From: an uncultured archaeon
GTDB taxonomy: Archaea > Thermoproteota > Bathyarchaeia > Bathyarchaeales > Bathycorpusculaceae
Assembly (NCBI GenBank): GCA_963782915.1
Contig: CAWALK010000015.1
Location: 224,001 to 288,000 of the forward strand
DNA: 64,000 nucleotides
Direction of reading: 5' to 3'
The notes beneath the pieces are model-generated. The model searched no databases and was not told the origin of the DNA. It was given only the letters and a program-made list of their open reading frames with translations. Within the stretch, counting starts at the first letter, position 1. The number at the start of each line of letters is the position of its first letter. This document shows positions 61,797-64,000 of this stretch, in pieces. A program made the translations under genes and the position numbers.

Positions 61797-62162
61797 ATGA
61801 AAAGTAAAATGGAATTTTGTAAGGAATGCGGTTCAAGACTAAAACCCGTAAAAATACATTCAGGAAACCAAGCAATGATAATGTTAGCCTGCACCAAATG
61901 TGGGCAAAAAAAACAGGAAACCGAAGTCAATGCGAAAACGTTTAATGGCAAAGTTATTGAGCATAGCCCAAAACAGTTCGTTGCAGTAATCGGCAAAGAA
62001 GAACAGGAACTAACCACTATGCCAACAATACAGATCGATTGCCCAAGATGCGGAAACAACACGGCTAATGTTTGGCAAGTGCAGACCCGCGGTTCTGATG
62101 AGTCTTCGACGCAGTTTGTGCGGTGTATTCGGTGCGGTTTCACTTTTAGAGAATACACCTAG
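61797..62162 (+). CDS. tfs: Transcription factor S paralog
   Basis: FCKECG, CTKCG, CPRCG, QTRGSDES, CIRCG. Confidence 0.92.
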   Translation: MKSKMEFCKECGSRLKPVKIHSGNQAMIMLACTKCGQKKQETEVNAKTFNGKVIEHSPKQFVAVIGKEEQELTTMPTIQIDCPRCGNNTANVWQVQTRGSDESSTQFVRCIRCGFTFREYT

Positions 62163-62286
62163 CTTTTCCTTTATTTTTACCCTGTTTTTTGTTAATCAGC
62201 TTTTTTATTATTTACGGTAATTGAAAAGGTTTATCAGACTTTGGGCACCACTAGAAACTAACGCTTGTTAGCAGTTTTTGAGGTAA

Positions 62287-62730
62287 TTGTTTTTGTCTAT
62301 GGCTCCACTTGACCCCATCGGAAACATTAGCCTAATTCTTCAAATCGTAATTTTGTTCCTGCTCATCTTGGGGTTACCGTTCTTCAGAGGGCAAAAAGAC
62401 CAAAAAAACCTAACAGTGCATGGCTACTTTACCGTGGCAGCGCTTGTTTTGCATACTATTCTTATTTTTTTGGTGATGATTCCGACTTTTACTGGTGGGT
62501 TAGGTGAATTGGGTGAGCTTTCATTGTTTAATTCGTTTACGGTGTGGTCGCATATAGTTTTGGGGACAGCAGCTGAGGTTTTAGGTGTTATAATCATCGC
62601 TTTCTGGCTGGGCAAGGGACCGAAAAAGATGGCTTGTTGGAAATTTAAAAAGTGGATGTTGCCGACTTTTGTTATTTGGGTTATCTCGATTGTGAATGGT
62701 ACGCTCATACACATTTTAGGTATGCTCTAA
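62287..62730 (+). CDS. Four-TM His-containing membrane protein (DUF420-like)
   Basis: HG, H..L..VM.P, HIVLG in TM helices. Confidence 0.65.
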   Translation: MFLSMAPLDPIGNISLILQIVILFLLILGLPFFRGQKDQKNLTVHGYFTVAALVLHTILIFLVMIPTFTGGLGELGELSLFNSFTVWSHIVLGTAAEVLGVIIIAFWLGKGPKKMACWKFKKWMLPTFVIWVISIVNGTLIHILGML

Positions 62731-62731
62731 C

Positions 62732-64000
62732 ATGAACCATGAAGGCATGAATATGGAGGGCATGAAGCATGAAGCCCCAGCCCACAGCATGCATACGCAG
62801 ACGCTAAAAAAGCGTTTCTGGGTCTGCCTCATCCTCACAATACCCGTGCTGATTCTTTCCCAAGCTATCCAGGGCTGGTTCCAATTTACCCTCACAGTGC
62901 CATATCAGCAATTTATTCTCTTGGCATTAGCAGTCGTCATCTATGTCTATGGCGGCTATCCTTTCCTAACTGGTTTAATCCAAGAGCTCAAGCAACGCCA
63001 ACCCGGCATGATGACACTCATCGGCACAGCCATATCAGTCGCGTTTTTCTTCTCCGCAGCCACCGTTTTTGTGCCCGTTGGAGGCGATTTCTTCTGGGAA
63101 CTCGCCACACTAATCGATGTAATGCTACTTGGGTCATTGGCTTGAAGCACGCAGCGTATTGGGCGCTTCTCGTGCGCTTGAGGAACTGGTTAAAGTGATG
63201 CCCACCACCGCTCACGTTTTTATGGGTGGCGAATTCATGGATATGCCCGTTGCTCACCTGCAAGTCGGCAGTGTTGTGCTGGTTCGCCCTGGCGAAAAAA
63301 TCCCCTCGGATGGCACAGTACTTGAGGGCGAATCTTTTGTTAACGAATCACTTCTCACAGGCGAATCTAAACCAGTGCATAAGCAGCAAAACGACAAAGT
63401 TATCGGCGGCGCAGTCAACGGCGACGGTGCATTGCGGGTTCGGATTGAGCGGACGGGTGAGGCTACTTATCTATCGCAGGTTGTGCGGCTGGTTCGTCAG
63501 GCGCAAGAAAGCAAGTCTCACACACAGGACCTTGCAAACAGGGCAGCCGCGTTGCTTTTCTACGTTGCCTTAACCGTGGGGGCGGTAACTTTTGCGGTTT
63601 GGGCCTTACTGGGCAATACCCAGTTTGCTTTAACCAGAAGCGTCACCGTACTTGTGATTGCCTGTCCGCATGCGTTGGGCTTAGCTATTCCGCTTGTAGT
63701 TGCCCTCTCAACATCAATAACAGCAAAAAGGGGTATCCTAATCCGTGATCGGAAAGCCTTCGAAGATGCGAAGGATGTGACGGCGGTGGTTTTTGATAAG
63801 ACGGGTACGTTGACGTTGGGGCAGTTCGGTGTCACGGATATGGTGGCGTATGTTTCTGAGGCTGAACTTTTGGCGTTGACGGCGTCGGTCGAGCGGAATT
63901 CTGAACACGTCATCGCTAAAGCCATCGTTGAATATGCCAAAGCAAAAGGAATCGCTGTTCCGGAGAGTAAGGATTTCAAAGCAATACCCGGCAAAGGCGC
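62732..64000 (+). CDS. copB: Copper-exporting P1B-type ATPase, CopB type (frameshift near 63135; runs off the window)
   Basis: His/Met-rich N-terminus, PGMMTLI, TGES, ACPHALG (CPH), FDKTGTLT, SEH. Confidence 0.88.

Noticed and set aside
51224-62162. TFS paralogs as TFS4-like RNAP toxins
   Set aside because: Both keep the canonical acidic DE hairpin (QTRGADE, QTRGSDE) of cleavage-stimulating TFS, so an inhibitory role is not supported by sequence.
1466-63150. Programmed frameshifting or mass pseudogenisation (ttuA-like, proA, nuoB, permease, integrase, replicase, transposase, mobA, copB)
   Set aside because: Single-base shifts are scattered through otherwise intact conserved genes without common slippery motifs, which is best explained by long-read indel errors.
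1-64000. CRISPR array, rRNA, reverse transcriptase/DGR or retron
   Set aside because: No regularly spaced repeats, rRNA-like sequence or YxDD RT motifs were seen.

Overview
Archaeal chromosomal window, most consistent with Bathyarchaeia (TACK). Evidence: pelota, TFS, LysW, CdvB/Snf7, AK6/Fap7, GGAGGTGA Shine-Dalgarno sites and an Fpo/Nuo-like [NiFe] hydrogenase. 0.2-25 kb is mostly housekeeping and energy metabolism: TtuA-like thiolase, adenylate kinase, pelota, K+-independent H+-PPase, proBA, a complex I-ordered (A-B-CD-H-I-J-K-L-M-N) membrane hydrogenase operon and an ABC importer. A low-GC three-gene Lamassu/ABC-3C-type defence cassette sits at 25.6-29.3 kb. 31.8-37.6 kb is a string of small accessory genes. 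About 37.6-51.0 kb is an integrated virus/plasmid-like element (tyrosine integrase, PrimPol-PriL-like-SF3 helicase replicase with iterons, glycosyltransferase) close to tRNA-Gly(GCC). 51-64 kb holds two TFS paralogs, LysW, a minimal PolX, an IS5/IS1182-like element, a ~120 bp inverted-repeat pair around a MinD/HTH cluster, vapBC, mobA and copB. The most striking unexplained signal is a family of at least six long G-U-containing hairpins with dissimilar stems but a shared CCCUCUCUCUUCC loop. They cluster around C2H2 zinc-finger micro-genes and precede both TFS genes. Many single-base frameshifts in conserved genes suggest long-read indel errors, so pseudogene calls are unreliable.
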